Below, piece by piece: positions 1 through 11,032 of a DNA stretch of 64,000 bases. The notes below the pieces were generated by a model, which made no database searches, was not told the origin of the DNA, and worked only from the letters and a program-made list of their open reading frames with translations. This DNA comes from an uncultured cyanobacterium (GTDB taxonomy: Bacteria; Cyanobacteriota; Cyanobacteriia; Cyanobacteriales; Cyanobacteriaceae). The DNA lies in the NCBI GenBank assembly GCA_963749915.1, contig CAVVOP010000020.1:219481-283480 (forward strand), read 5' to 3'. Position 1 is the stretch's first letter. Every line of letters starts with the position of its first letter. A program made the translations under genes and the position numbers.

Positions 1-248
1 GCTAAAGCCGCCACTAGAAATGCGAAAGGTAATGCTAGAAAAACATAAAGACTGAACCAAGGTTCTCCCAAGCCTTTAAACACATTTTGAACTACAAATG
101 TCGTGTATGCTCCCAACATCATCAACTCTCCATGAGCGAGATTAATAACGCCCATAAGTCCGAAGACAATAGCTAGTCCTAGTGCAGTAACTAATAGCAC
201 GGAACCAATACTAAGTCCGTTAAAAATTCCGTCCAATAATTCTATCAC
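1..248 (-). CDS. urtB: Urea ABC transporter permease UrtB (5' part; runs off window)
   Basis: Hand translation from GTG at 248: MIELLDGIFNGLSIGSVLLVTALGLAIVFGLMGVINLAHGELMMLGAY; lies directly downstream of urtA. Confidence 0.9.
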   Translation of the reverse strand, partial: MIELLDGIFNGLSIGSVLLVTALGLAIVFGLMGVINLAHGELMMLGAYTTFVVQNVFKGLGEPWFSLYVFLALPFAFLVAAL

Positions 249-358
249 TTGTTGCTATTCCCTTTCTCTAAACACAATATTTGAAGATAAACGACAGGGA
301 AATTATTCCCCATCCAGAACATTAAGCAAGGAAAAATGGGCTTATTTCCATAAGTTTT

Positions 359-1657
359 TTACATCTTATACTTATTGCCCTTGGCTGGATCTGTCCAGTC
401 ACAAGCATAACCCTTAGTATCGGGAACATACTGGTTCCAAGGCATAGGATCAACGGGTTTTTCCGTTGACCAAACAATGTTAAATAAGCCATCGTCCCTG
501 ACTTCTCCAATGCGTACCATCTTGGAGATATGATGATTGGGCATCATCGTTACCATTCCTTCCGGGGCATCAAAAGTTTGACCCACTGCGGCCATTCTAA
601 CCGCTTCTAAATCATCTGCTGTTCCTGCTTTTTCTACGGCTTGCTTCCAGAGATAAACCATGATGTAAGCCGCTTCCATTGGGTCATTGGTTACCCTGTC
701 TGCACCGTATTTTGCTTTGAAATCTGCCACCCATTTCTCATTAGCTGGACTATCAACTGTTTGAAAATAGTTCCATGCAGCATATTGTCCCAGCAAGTAT
801 TCTTTGCCAATTTGTCGAACTTCTTCTTCGGCAATACTTACGGACATGGTAGGGTATTTGTCAGGTTTTAAGCCAGCAGCTTGTAGTTGTTTGAAGAATG
901 CTACATTACTATCTCCATTGAGGGAATTAAAGATTACTCCACCATTGGGAAGGGCGGCTTTGATTTTTGTAATAATTGGTGTAACTTCAGTGTTACCTAA
1001 AGGTAAGTAATCTTCGCCAACGGTTTCTCCTCCTTGAGCTTTTAATTGTTCTTTAATGATAGTGTTCGCTGTGCGGGGAAAAACATAGTCCGAACCTACT
1101 AAAAAGAATTGTTTGCCCTTATTTTCCAACAGCCAATCTACCGCGGGTTCAATCTGTTGGTTGGGGGCGGCACCAGTATAGAAAATATTTTTTGAACATT
1201 CCTGTCCTTCATATTGAACAGGATACCAAAGCATATGATTTTTGGACTCAAAAACCGGCAAAACAGCTTGACGACTTGCGGAGGTCCAACAACCAAAAAC
1301 GGTTACCACTTTATCTTGATCGATTAGTTTGGTTGCTTTTTCAGCGAAAGTTGGCCAATCTGAACCTCCATCTTCAATAATTGGTTCAATTTCTTTACCC
1401 AACACACCGCCAGCCGCGTTAATTTCATCTATGGCCATTAATTCTGCTTCTTTAACGGTGGTTTCACTGATTGCCATTGTGCCACTTAAAGAGTGTAGAA
1501 TCCCCACCTTAATTGTTTCTCCACTACCTGCAGGACTTTCTCCAGGACTCTCGGTGGGTGTAGTTGTGTTGTTTGAACAAGCCTTGAGTAATAAACTTGT
1601 CCCCAAAGTAGCAGAACCATAAACTAAGAATTTGCGTCGTCCTATCCTATTAGTCAT
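359..1657 (-). CDS. urtA: Urea ABC transporter substrate-binding lipoprotein UrtA
   Basis: RRKFL Tat motif and LKAC lipobox; [29 protein letters not shown] motifs. Confidence 0.95.
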   Translation of the reverse strand: MTNRIGRRKFLVYGSATLGTSLLLKACSNNTTTPTESPGESPAGSGETIKVGILHSLSGTMAISETTVKEAELMAIDEINAAGGVLGKEIEPIIEDGGSDWPTFAEKATKLIDQDKVVTVFGCWTSASRQAVLPVFESKNHMLWYPVQYEGQECSKNIFYTGAAPNQQIEPAVDWLLENKGKQFFLVGSDYVFPRTANTIIKEQLKAQGGETVGEDYLPLGNTEVTPIITKIKAALPNGGVIFNSLNGDSNVAFFKQLQAAGLKPDKYPTMSVSIAEEEVRQIGKEYLLGQYAAWNYFQTVDSPANEKWVADFKAKYGADRVTNDPMEAAYIMVYLWKQAVEKAGTADDLEAVRMAAVGQTFDAPEGMVTMMPNHHISKMVRIGEVRDDGLFNIVWSTEKPVDPMPWNQYVPDTKGYACDWTDPAKGNKYKM

Positions 1658-1692
1658 AATTACTTATTGATACACCATCTATATTTAGTGTG

Positions 1693-1734
1693 ATGTTAGA
1701 GTTTTACCACGGGAAAAAGTGTATTCAAGGATAC
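1693..1734 (-). promoter_or_regulatory. Canonical NtcA-activated promoter of urtA
   Basis: GTA-TTCAAGGA-TAC (GTA-N8-TAC) at 1721-1734, followed 22 nt downstream on the minus strand by TAACAT (TAN3T) at 1693-1698. Confidence 0.85.
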
Positions 1735-1818
1735 ATAACACGGCTTATTTCTATAATCCAAAATTACCTAACCGAGAAATCTATTTTTGCAAGAGGTCTA
1801 TTATGAACATAATATTTC

Positions 1819-2124
1819 TCAAACTTTGCCGTTTATTAGATTGTTAAAACCATATATTTCTTGAGTTCCCCCTATGGTGACTAATTCTATTTCCTTCTCA
1901 TCCCCTGGTTCAAAACGAATCGCAGTTCCTGCGGGTATATTTAGTCGCATTCCTTTTGTTTTTTCCCTGTCGAACTGTAGGGCAAAATTTACTTCATAAA
2001 AGTGAAAATGGGAACCAATTTGAATCGGTCGATCGCCTGTATTAGCCACAAGAATTTTTAGGGTAGAGCGACCTACATTTATTTCAATGTCACCCTTTTG
2101 AGCAATAATTTCCCCTGGTATCAT
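1819..2124 (-). CDS. ureB: Urease beta subunit
   Basis: MIPGE...[19 protein letters not shown]...[12 protein letters not shown]. Confidence 0.95.
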   Translation of the reverse strand: MIPGEIIAQKGDIEINVGRSTLKILVANTGDRPIQIGSHFHFYEVNFALQFDREKTKGMRLNIPAGTAIRFEPGDEKEIELVTIGGTQEIYGFNNLINGKV

Positions 2125-2144
2125 TAGTCTAATTCTCCGTTTAT

Positions 2145-2447
2145 TTATTGTATTGGTTGATGAACTGTCACCAGTTTAGTTCCATCAGGAAAGGTGGCTT
2201 CCACCTGAATTTCGTGAATCATTTCGGGGATACCTTCCATGACGTTTTCTTTAGTTAAAATGGTTCGGCCATAGCTCATTAATTCTGCCACAGTCTTGCC
2301 CTCTCTTGCTCCTTCTAAAATGGCCGTAGTAATATAGGCAATGGCTTCGGGATAGTTAAGTTTTAATCCTTTGGCTTTGCGTCTTTCTGCCAGTAATCCA
2401 GCCGTAAAAATTAGTAATTTATCTTTTTCCTGGGGTGATAACTGCAT
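2145..2447 (-). CDS. ureA: Urease gamma subunit
   Basis: [11 protein letters not shown]...LNYPEA...[14 protein letters not shown]. Confidence 0.95.
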   Translation of the reverse strand: MQLSPQEKDKLLIFTAGLLAERRKAKGLKLNYPEAIAYITTAILEGAREGKTVAELMSYGRTILTKENVMEGIPEMIHEIQVEATFPDGTKLVTVHQPIQ

Positions 2448-2626
2448 AATAATTTAGGCTTTTTCAGAGTAGTTGTGATGAAAAAACAATAAAAAAGTTA
2501 ATTTTTATTAACCAATATATAGATACTGGATAATCGTAATTGCTTGAATTATTGACTTCTACGCCTATTTTATACTATTGGAGGAATGAAAATACCCTCA
2601 AAACGCTTTGCTTGCTAATTATCTAA

Positions 2627-4282
2627 TCATTTTAACAATTTTTCTGATACCGTTAAAGTGATTAGCGATCGCAATAATAAAAAAGTAAATAATCCTGTTA
2701 AGCCGAATAAAATGACTGCCCATGAGTGATAAATAGTCGAAACGAGGAGGATACCATTGAGTAAAGAAAAACCAGTTAGACAGGCATAAATTAGGGCTTT
2801 AATGGCCAAATAAATGCTCTTAGTAATCCTTTCATTTTCTAAGGAACGTATCCTAATTTGTAGTTCCCCTTGTTCTAATCTTTCCTGGAAATTTTGGATG
2901 GTAGTTTCTAAACGGGAAGGTTTTTGTAGTTGTTGTTGGATCAAGATTTTACCTTGACGGGCAACCATTAATAATATATTGCTAGGGGAACGGGTAATTC
3001 TACGGAAAAAAGGCTGACTGGCGGCAAAAAGGCTATATTGTGGATCTAAATTACGGGCAATACCGTCAAGAGTGGTTATCGCCTTGATAATAAAAGTCAT
3101 TTGGGGTGGTAAGCGAAAAGGTTGTTGCTCAAACATGATATAAATTTCCGTACTAATTTCCCGAAAAGCGTTAATATCCACAGGTTTATCGAGAAAACGA
3201 GTCAAAGAAAAGTTAATTAAGCGTCTAATGGCTGTCATATCTCCCATAGGTTTAATTAAGCCCATATATATCAATGTATCTAATACTTGATCAGCATCTT
3301 TTCGCACCATGGCAAAGAACGTTTGTATCATCTGCTCTTGAGCCAATCCTTTTACTTCCGCCATCGCCCCAAAATCATAGAAAATAATTGAACCATCTTT
3401 CCTTACCGCCATATTACCTGGGTGAGGATCTGACTGAAAAAAACCATCTTCCAATAGTTGTTTTAAATAAGTACAAATTCCTAATTCAATTAAAGGTTTT
3501 AGAGGAATACCTTTTGTTTCTAATGTTTCTCGATCATTAATTTTTATACCGGGTAAATATTCTAATGTTAATATTTTTTTGGTCGTGTATTGCCAATAAA
3601 CTTTAGGGACAATTATTCGGTGATCATTTTGAAAATTATAGCGAAAACGATCGGCATTTTCTCCTTCTTTAATATAATCTATTTCGGCAAATAAAATACT
3701 AAAAAATTCTTGATAGATTAATTTTAATTCGTACTTTTTAAATCCAGGTAAAAAGCGATCGCCAAAATTAATAATAGTTTTTAATACATGAAAATCTAGT
3801 TTAAATAATTTTTCCAAGCCCTTTCTTTGTACTTTAATTACGACTTTTTCACCAGATTTTAATGTGGCTAAATGAACTTGTCCTAAACTAGCGGCTGCAA
3901 TGGGTACTCGTTCAAATTCACTATAAATATTATCTAATTCGTTCCCTAATTCTTGTTCAATAATAGTGATGGCATCTTCAGATAGAAAAGGAGGAACGCG
4001 GTCTTGTAACTTGCTAAATTCTTCTATATATTCTAAGGGAATTAAATCAGGACGGGTTGACAATGCCTGACCAATTTTAATAAAAGTAGGACCTAGTTTA
4101 ATTAATTCTTGTACTAACCATCTAGCTCTTTTATGATACTGTTTACTAGAATTTTTTCTGCGGATAAAATCAATAAATATAAACCAAGAAAATTGTAGTG
4201 CTACGAGAAAAATATCCCATTGACGCTGAAAAGGGGAATAATTTTGGTAATCCCAAGATAAATTATATTGCAAGGATCTCAT
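2627..4282 (-). CDS. ABC1/AarF/UbiB family atypical kinase
   Basis: LGPTFIKIGQALSTRPD, AAASLGQVH, DPHPGN, DFG motifs; C-terminal TM helices. Confidence 0.9.
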   Translation of the reverse strand: MRSLQYNLSWDYQNYSPFQRQWDIFLVALQFSWFIFIDFIRRKNSSKQYHKRARWLVQELIKLGPTFIKIGQALSTRPDLIPLEYIEEFSKLQDRVPPFLSEDAITIIEQELGNELDNIYSEFERVPIAAASLGQVHLATLKSGEKVVIKVQRKGLEKLFKLDFHVLKTIINFGDRFLPGFKKYELKLIYQEFFSILFAEIDYIKEGENADRFRYNFQNDHRIIVPKVYWQYTTKKILTLEYLPGIKINDRETLETKGIPLKPLIELGICTYLKQLLEDGFFQSDPHPGNMAVRKDGSIIFYDFGAMAEVKGLAQEQMIQTFFAMVRKDADQVLDTLIYMGLIKPMGDMTAIRRLINFSLTRFLDKPVDINAFREISTEIYIMFEQQPFRLPPQMTFIIKAITTLDGIARNLDPQYSLFAASQPFFRRITRSPSNILLMVARQGKILIQQQLQKPSRLETTIQNFQERLEQGELQIRIRSLENERITKSIYLAIKALIYACLTGFSLLNGILLVSTIYHSWAVILFGLTGLFTFLLLRSLITLTVSEKLLK

Positions 4283-5601
4283 TCATTCGATAATTGAGGA
4301 AAAGTAATAGTGAAAGTGTTAAGATAATTGTCTGATTTATTTAGGGAAATACTAGAAACATCAATTATTCCGTTTAAATTTTGTACCAAAGATTTGACTA
4401 AAGCCAACCCTAAACCAGTGCCACTATTGGTAACATTTTCTATCTCTTGCCCTTGATAAAAAGGTTTGAAAATTTGTATTGTCTCTTCTGCATTAATGGC
4501 ACATCCATAATTACTGATCTCAATAATATTATCAGATTTTCTGGTATAAATTCGCAAAGTAATTTCAGTTTTTTCTCCAGAAAATTTACTAGCATTATTA
4601 AGTAACTCTTTTATGATTAAAGTGATACTGTTTAAATCAGTATAAATATAATCTTGTTGGTTATCTATAACTAGATTAATTTGTTTATAATGTAATTCTT
4701 GGGAAAAAAAGTTATATAAATCGTCTAATAAAGGTTTAAGATAAATTTTTTGAGGTTCAATAGCTAACTTGTTAGATTCTAATTCTTGCAAAGTTAGAAG
4801 ATTATTGACCAAATTAATTTCTTTTTCGCATTCATCTTCCAAAATATTTAAATAACGGGTACTTTTTTCATTTTTATCGATTAACCTTAACATTTTTATG
4901 CCCATTTTCATATTCGATAAAGGAGTTTTTAGGGCATCACTAAGACTAGAAATAAATTCATCTTTAACCATATTTAAGCGTTTTAATTCTTCAATATGAT
5001 CTCGCATTTTTTTCCCTAATTTTGCCTGTACATCTAAACTCACTTGCAGTTGACTTGTCCTTTCATCCACTAATGATTGAACTTTAGCAACAGTTTGTTG
5101 ATTAATAATAGAGGCAGTAATTTGTTTAGCCATCCATTTTCCTGTTTCTATCTCTGAAATTTGCCATCGTCTAGGCTGATAATTCTCCATGACTAATAAA
5201 CCAAGAATTAAAGGCTGATAATTTTTGGGATTTCGTTGTAAAACCATCGGTATCATCAACAAAGATTGAATTAAATTTAAATCAAAAACATCTGTATTAT
5301 TATGACAAATATGAAGATTATCTAGTTGTTTTTTATTACTAATTTTGGTAAACGATGGGGCTGCTTGCCAACCATAAAAAGTCAAAGGAGAATCGGATAA
5401 TTGATAAGAAATAATATTTTTTTTATTACTACGTGCTAAATTTAATTGCCAATTATAAGTAACTTCTACCGTTGCCGATGGAGTCATTTTAGTTTGATTT
5501 TGACTAGAAAAATTTTCATACTTGAATCTTAAAATCAAAAAACGATCTAGTTTTAGTATTCGTGCTGTTGTAGCAATGTCGTCATCAAAAACACCATCCA
5601 T
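4279..5601 (-). CDS. GAF-domain histidine-kinase-like protein with the H-box His replaced by Asp
   Basis: GAF-like N-terminus; SDALKTPL in place of SHELRTPL; N-box ELLNNASKF and G2 GTGLGL present; 4-bp overlap with the ABC1 gene. Confidence 0.8.
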   Translation of the reverse strand: MDGVFDDDIATTARILKLDRFLILRFKYENFSSQNQTKMTPSATVEVTYNWQLNLARSNKKNIISYQLSDSPLTFYGWQAAPSFTKISNKKQLDNLHICHNNTDVFDLNLIQSLLMIPMVLQRNPKNYQPLILGLLVMENYQPRRWQISEIETGKWMAKQITASIINQQTVAKVQSLVDERTSQLQVSLDVQAKLGKKMRDHIEELKRLNMVKDEFISSLSDALKTPLSNMKMGIKMLRLIDKNEKSTRYLNILEDECEKEINLVNNLLTLQELESNKLAIEPQKIYLKPLLDDLYNFFSQELHYKQINLVIDNQQDYIYTDLNSITLIIKELLNNASKFSGEKTEITLRIYTRKSDNIIEISNYGCAINAEETIQIFKPFYQGQEIENVTNSGTGLGLALVKSLVQNLNGIIDVSSISLNKSDNYLNTFTITFPQLSNE

Positions 5602-5743
5602 TATTTTATCTTAGGTAAGTATTAACAGCTAAGGTTTATTATAAATGATAATTAATAATTGATAATTGATAAAGAAGAATAGGGGAGAACCTGTTTAACA
5701 AGGCTAAAATGAGAACGTCAGCAACTATTTACGAGGAAAATCA

Positions 5744-6775
5744 ATGGATATGATCCCACAGTCAGAATTAATTATCCCAGAGCATACCTTAGACAGAGAT
5801 TGCACCACTTTATCCCGACACGTTTTACAACAATTAAAGAGCTTTTCTACCGATGCCCAAGATTTAAGTGCCATAATGAGTCGCATTGCCTTAGCCGGAA
5901 AATTAATTGCCCGTCGTCTCAGTCATGCAGGTTTAATGGCAGGAGTTTTAGGCTTTACTGGGGAAACTAATATTCAGGGTGAGTCTGTGAAAAAAATGGA
6001 CATTTACGCCAACGAAGTGTTTATTTCTGTGTTTAAACAAAGCGGTTTGGTGTGCCGTTTAGCTTCAGAAGAAATGGACAAACCCTATTATATCCCTGAA
6101 AATTGCCCCATTGGGCGTTATACTCTACTATATGATCCCATCGATGGTTCATCCAATGTGGATATAGACTTAAGTGTAGGCTCAATTTTTGCCATCAGAC
6201 AACAGGAAGGAGATGATTTCGACCCAGAGGCCACCGACTTATTACAAAATGGGTCAAAACAAATCGCCGCCGGATATATTCTTTATGGACCTGCCACCAT
6301 TTTAGTTTATACGATGGGTAATGGTGTACATTCTTTCTTTTTAGATCCCAGTTTGGGAGAGTTCATCTTGGCACAAGAAAATATCAAAGTTCCTGATCAT
6401 GGTTCAGTCTATAGCGTCAATGAGGGAAATTTTTGGCAGTGGAATGACTCTTTTCGGGATTATATTCGTTACGTTCATCGCCACGACGGTTATACTGGGC
6501 GTTATAGTGGGGCATTAGTGGGAGATATTCACCGTATCTTAATGCAAGGAGGAGTCTTTTTATATCCGGGTACCACAGATAAACCAGAGGGAAAACTAAG
6601 ATTATTGTATGAAACTGCACCTTTAGCCTTTATCATCGAAGAAGCTGGGGGTAAAGCCTCCGACGGGTCAACTAGAATTTTGGACATCATACCAGATAAA
6701 ATTCATCATCGAACCCCAGCTATTTTGGGCAGTCAAAAAGATGTGGAGTTAGTGGAATCTTTCATCACCATTTAA
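5744..6775 (+). CDS. fbp: Class 1 fructose-1,6-bisphosphatase
   Basis: [25 protein letters not shown] motifs. Confidence 0.95.
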   Translation: MDMIPQSELIIPEHTLDRDCTTLSRHVLQQLKSFSTDAQDLSAIMSRIALAGKLIARRLSHAGLMAGVLGFTGETNIQGESVKKMDIYANEVFISVFKQSGLVCRLASEEMDKPYYIPENCPIGRYTLLYDPIDGSSNVDIDLSVGSIFAIRQQEGDDFDPEATDLLQNGSKQIAAGYILYGPATILVYTMGNGVHSFFLDPSLGEFILAQENIKVPDHGSVYSVNEGNFWQWNDSFRDYIRYVHRHDGYTGRYSGALVGDIHRILMQGGVFLYPGTTDKPEGKLRLLYETAPLAFIIEEAGGKASDGSTRILDIIPDKIHHRTPAILGSQKDVELVESFITI

Positions 6776-6786
6776 AATTTTTAATG

Positions 6787-6912
6787 GGCGTTGGCGAATT
6801 GAGCTATTTTCTTACTTCTGCCCACAATGGCTCAAAGGTTTCGGCACGATGATCTCCAACTACCCGGTCAAAACTAAAGTTTTAACGTGATCCCCTGCTG
6901 TTCCCCAACGCC
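6787..6912. mobile_element. Putative MITE (126 bp)
   Basis: Terminal inverted repeat GGCGTTGGCGAA ... TTCCCCAACGCC (11/12) in an intergenic position. Confidence 0.5.
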
Positions 6913-6945
6913 GATAAAGCTTCTTCCGAAATCCCAAAGATTAAA

Positions 6946-7995
6946 CTACCTCTTTGTTCGAGTCCTTATTTTTGTGGAAGATAAAGGTATCAATTCAACC
7001 AAGGCAAAAGGAATAAGACATAAAGGCCACAAGAAATATTGCAAGAACAGTACTGAATTAAAATACACAAATGTCATCATGGTCATTGCGGAAGACACAA
7101 ACATGCCTAAGTTTTCTTTCAGAAAACTTAGGTAAAGCATTCCCATGAGAAATACCATGAATAACTTGGCTTTTAATCCTATAATCCAGGTGAATTCTTC
7201 AGAAAAAACAACATCAACTGAAGGTGCGGCTTCTATATGGGAACTTTCTAACCGTGTCGCTGAAAAAAAGATGGATTTGAAGAAGCCTTCGGCATTCCAA
7301 ATCAGAAAAGGCAATGAAATTAACAAAGGAATGCTTAAAATAATCAAAAATCCAAAAACCAGATATTGAGCCCGTCTATTTTTATCTCCATTTTTCCAGA
7401 GGTATATGAGATACAAAGGTAGCAAAAATATTGCAATCTGCTTAATTGCCAAAGAGATACTAAACAGAAGTAAAGAAAGTTTTGTCTTCTCTTTCAAAAG
7501 GACTAAAGATAATAGTAAAAAAAAGATCGCTGCGAACTCCAGGTGGTGAATACGTGCAATATAGACACTCCAGCGACTTAATAAGATGGTTGTAGAGGAA
7601 ACAAAGCCAAGTATCCATAAACCCCGCATTTGGAAATATCTCAATGTTAAGGCAACTATACCAATGTGGAAGGAAAAAGAAATAGGTCGCCAGAAGTATA
7701 ACCAGTCACGAAAATCTGGAAAACCAAGCTTTTGAACCAGTGCAGAGAAAAGGTAGGCAAGTGGGAAATAAGTTGCATATTTATCATTGACCCTCATGTC
7801 ACCGTCCAAAACTCTGGCATAGGGATTTTCCCCAATCATAATTCTTTTGCCTTCTAGCCAAATATAGTAAATATCTTGCCCCTTTAAAGAATCGGAAGGT
7901 GTTAGCCAGAATTTAACATGCACCAACAAACCGACAGAAACCAGGATCAGGAGGGTAAGCCAATATTTTTTATCCCATCTATGTAAAGTTGACAT
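6946..7995 (-). CDS. Polytopic membrane protein, GT-C (GT87-like) glycosyltransferase candidate
   Basis: Many TM segments; D after TM1, GENPY, YFPL, SLAIKQ and QYFLW motifs typical of GT-C/GT87-like enzymes. Confidence 0.55.
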   Translation of the reverse strand: MSTLHRWDKKYWLTLLILVSVGLLVHVKFWLTPSDSLKGQDIYYIWLEGKRIMIGENPYARVLDGDMRVNDKYATYFPLAYLFSALVQKLGFPDFRDWLYFWRPISFSFHIGIVALTLRYFQMRGLWILGFVSSTTILLSRWSVYIARIHHLEFAAIFFLLLSLVLLKEKTKLSLLLFSISLAIKQIAIFLLPLYLIYLWKNGDKNRRAQYLVFGFLIILSIPLLISLPFLIWNAEGFFKSIFFSATRLESSHIEAAPSVDVVFSEEFTWIIGLKAKLFMVFLMGMLYLSFLKENLGMFVSSAMTMMTFVYFNSVLFLQYFLWPLCLIPFALVELIPLSSTKIRTRTKR

Positions 7996-8109
7996 GGCGA
8001 ATTATTGGAAAATTAAATTTAGGTTGGACTAATCACTTGTTTGAGTGAAATAGATAACGGGAACAAGAATAGATAGTTTCGGTTCAGTACTAAAATTGAT
8101 TTTAGAGCA

Positions 8110-9228
8110 GTGATCATTTATTTAAAAATTATGAGTCAAAAATTAAGTTTAGCCACAAGACTCTTTTTATCCCATTTAGCCGTAATGATGTTGGGTTTGG
8201 GCACCTTTGTTTTTATCGCTAAATATTCTTCTCCGCAATTTTTTGTATTACGACTAGAACAGCTAGAAAAAAAGGGTTTTATGACGGTAAGATCAGCCAA
8301 AACCTATTTAATAGAAGGGTTTGAGATGGCATGGAACCGTGGTACTTTTTGGTCATTAATTGTAGGTGGTGGCACAGCAGGATTTTTAAGTTATTGTTTA
8401 AGTCTAAGAATTATGCAACCCCTCAACAAGATGAAGGATATAACCCAACATTTTGCAGGGGGAAACTGGGAAGAAAGAATGCCAGAAAGCGATATTCCGG
8501 AATTAAATCAACTCAGTGTTAGTTTTAATCGCATGGCTAGTGGTTTAGAGGATGTGGAAAAGAGACGCAGAGAGTTAGTTAATGATTTAACCCATGAATT
8601 GCGTACTCCTTTAACCGTTGTTAGAGGATATTTAGAAGAGTTGGCCGCAGGAGATATAGAGCCTACACCGGAATTATACTTAAGTTTAGTCAGTGAAACC
8701 AGAAGATTAGAGCGTTTAACCCGTGATTTACAGGAATTGTCCCAAGCTGAAGCAGGTTATATTTCTATTGATGCTAAATCCTTTGATATATATCCTCTCT
8801 TACAGTCTTTAGTGGCGAGATTCTCTGATCAACTTTTAGAAGATGGCCCCATTCTAACCCTTGATATTCCCTCTTCTTTACCCCCCATCATAGCTGATCG
8901 CGATCGTACTCAACAAATTTTGGTGAATCTAATTGGTAATGCTATACGCTATACGGAAACCGGTACAATTACCCTCAAAGCAGAAGTTAAACCCCCCTAT
9001 CTCTGGTTAGCGGTAATTGATACTGGGGTGGGTATTTCTGCTGATGATTTACCCCATGTTTTTGAGCGATTTTGGCGAGCAGACCGTTCCCGATCGAGTT
9101 ATTCTGGTGGTAGTGGTATTGGATTAGCTATCGCAAAAAGCCTAGTAGAATTACAAGGGGGAAAAATAGAGGTAGAAAGTAAATTAAATCAGGGTACAAC
9201 TTTTCGATTTTGCTTACCTTTGGAGTAG
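8110..9228 (+). CDS. HAMP-domain sensor histidine kinase (start probably ATG 8131)
   Basis: Two TM helices, HAMP, THELRTPL, NLIGNAIRY, DTGVG, GSGIGL. Confidence 0.9.
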   Translation: MIIYLKIMSQKLSLATRLFLSHLAVMMLGLGTFVFIAKYSSPQFFVLRLEQLEKKGFMTVRSAKTYLIEGFEMAWNRGTFWSLIVGGGTAGFLSYCLSLRIMQPLNKMKDITQHFAGGNWEERMPESDIPELNQLSVSFNRMASGLEDVEKRRRELVNDLTHELRTPLTVVRGYLEELAAGDIEPTPELYLSLVSETRRLERLTRDLQELSQAEAGYISIDAKSFDIYPLLQSLVARFSDQLLEDGPILTLDIPSSLPPIIADRDRTQQILVNLIGNAIRYTETGTITLKAEVKPPYLWLAVIDTGVGISADDLPHVFERFWRADRSRSSYSGGSGIGLAIAKSLVELQGGKIEVESKLNQGTTFRFCLPLE

Positions 9229-9300
9229 AGTTTTTAGATGCCGATTATTTGGTTTCCCTTGATAAATAGCATATTCCCCTTAGAATAAGAATAAAATCAT

Positions 9301-9765
9301 ATGCTAATTAATTTTCTCATTGCTACTTTTTTTATTGCCAATAATCAATTGTTACCCCAATTTAGTGAACTAAAACAAAGGTTAGAAAGGTATAATTTTA
9401 CCGTTAAAATTGAGTCGCCTCCCGTGAGGAGTACCTACGGTTTACTAGAGGTAAAAACTCGTACTATTTGGATTGAGCCCATAGTTTTCGATTTAGGCAT
9501 TGCTTTACCCACTCTTATTCATGAAGCTACCCATGCAGCTCAATTATGTGGGGGAAATGGCGAAATTAGGGCCTTAAATTTACCCTTGTCTCCTCCGAAT
9601 ATTAGCCGCCCTTTTTTTACCCATTATAATCATGGTTTAAGAAGACATTTAGAAGCGGAGGCTTACGCGGTGCAAACTCACCCGGATGGTTATCATATAG
9701 TAATTTCTTTACTAGATAAAAACTGTCAAATGAACCAGCCCGCAGGGGAATTCGACGGACACTGA
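9301..9765 (+). CDS. Hypothetical protein with HExxH zincin-like motif
   Basis: LIHEATHAAQ plus downstream EAEAY. Confidence 0.65.
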   Translation: MLINFLIATFFIANNQLLPQFSELKQRLERYNFTVKIESPPVRSTYGLLEVKTRTIWIEPIVFDLGIALPTLIHEATHAAQLCGGNGEIRALNLPLSPPNISRPFFTHYNHGLRRHLEAEAYAVQTHPDGYHIVISLLDKNCQMNQPAGEFDGH

Positions 9766-9881
9766 AAGCTTTATTCTCTGATCAGCTACAAGTCCTATTC
9801 TCTCCTTGTCAGACCAAAAATTTATGTTTTCATCGAGCTAACGTGAGGGCAGGTTTCTCACCCCTTCAGAGTCGGGTAGAA

Positions 9882-10940
9882 TTAAAAGTTTAGTTTCTGT
9901 AGTAGTAAATCTATGTTGAAATGTTCTTCTATTAGATTTTGCACACATTCCACTTTAATCGTTTCGTGTAGTCTTACCGTACCGAATGCTCGATTGACTA
10001 TTTCCACGGTGGTAAGGGTATCGAAATTTACCTCTAAAATTGGTATTTCTAAGTCCTCAGCACGAGCTAAAATTAGTTGTTGTGGGGGGGTATGACCCGT
10101 TAGAATCAAGCAGTTTGTGGAGCTTTCCAAGGCCGCTAGTTGTAAATCTGTGCGATCGCTTCCGGTTATTACTGCCATGTTTTGCTGTTGGCGGAAATAT
10201 TCAAGGGCAGAGTTTACATTCATGGCACCAACGGTAAGGCTTTCTACCATTAAGTCCAAACGATCTTCTCGACATAAAACCTTTGCGTTTAATTGAGAAA
10301 CTAATTCCCTGACACTAACACTTTGTAAAAGTCTGTCAGTGGGCAACATTCCCAAAATATCTATATCTTTAGATTTGAAAAAGGGTTTAATGGTATTTTC
10401 TAAAATGTCTAATTGTTCATGGGGAATATTATTAATTAAAACTCCGATGAGACGATTTCCTAAAATTTGTTTAGCCGCTAAAATTTGATCAATAATCAAC
10501 AAAGGTTCATACTTGACTACTAATAACAAACAAGCGTCTATTTTTTCGCTAATTTCTGGTGCTGAAAGCTGAAATAAATTTCCTTGAGTTAAATTTCCTG
10601 CACCTTCTAGCAGAATTAAATCCGCATCGATAGACGTACAGTATTCTACTAATCGATCTTGATAATTATTTTCTTTGTCAAGATATTCAATAATAGTTTT
10701 TTCATCTAAGAGTAATAATGGTGATTTTAGTTGAGATTCAGACAAGTTTAAAGTTTGACTAATAAATTGTAAATCTTGTTCGTCTCTAAGGCTGTCTGAT
10801 GGTTTAAAACAAGTGCCGATGGGTTTACCGTAACCTAGTTTAATGCCTTTATTTTGCAGTTGATGAGCGATACCTAAAATAGTAGCGGTCTTACCCGTAT
10901 ATGGTTCACTGGAAGCGATTAATAAATATTTGCTTGACAT
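9882..10940 (-). CDS. Phosphotransacetylase-family (AAA_26 + DRTGG) protein
   Basis: YTGKT P-loop, YGKPIG, ITGSDRTD. Confidence 0.85.
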   Translation of the reverse strand: MSSKYLLIASSEPYTGKTATILGIAHQLQNKGIKLGYGKPIGTCFKPSDSLRDEQDLQFISQTLNLSESQLKSPLLLLDEKTIIEYLDKENNYQDRLVEYCTSIDADLILLEGAGNLTQGNLFQLSAPEISEKIDACLLLVVKYEPLLIIDQILAAKQILGNRLIGVLINNIPHEQLDILENTIKPFFKSKDIDILGMLPTDRLLQSVSVRELVSQLNAKVLCREDRLDLMVESLTVGAMNVNSALEYFRQQQNMAVITGSDRTDLQLAALESSTNCLILTGHTPPQQLILARAEDLEIPILEVNFDTLTTVEIVNRAFGTVRLHETIKVECVQNLIEEHFNIDLLLQKLNF

Positions 10941-11032
10941 AATAATTAGCGATTATATTTTAATGAACAGTTAACAGTAAAAAAAAAGACAAGGGACAAA
11001 AGAAGAATTTTTCTTTTAGTCTGACTTCTCTT

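Noticed and set aside
641..1622. Short antisense ORFs within urtA (and similar ones inside fbp, purD, fabG, proC, icd, tamB, rtcB and the amidohydrolase)
   Set aside because: Shadow frames of well-supported genes, with no recognisable motifs.
9841..9881. Group II intron 3' end (minus strand TCTACCCGACT)
   Set aside because: No domain V (GAGCCG...CGGTTC) upstream; the match is too short.
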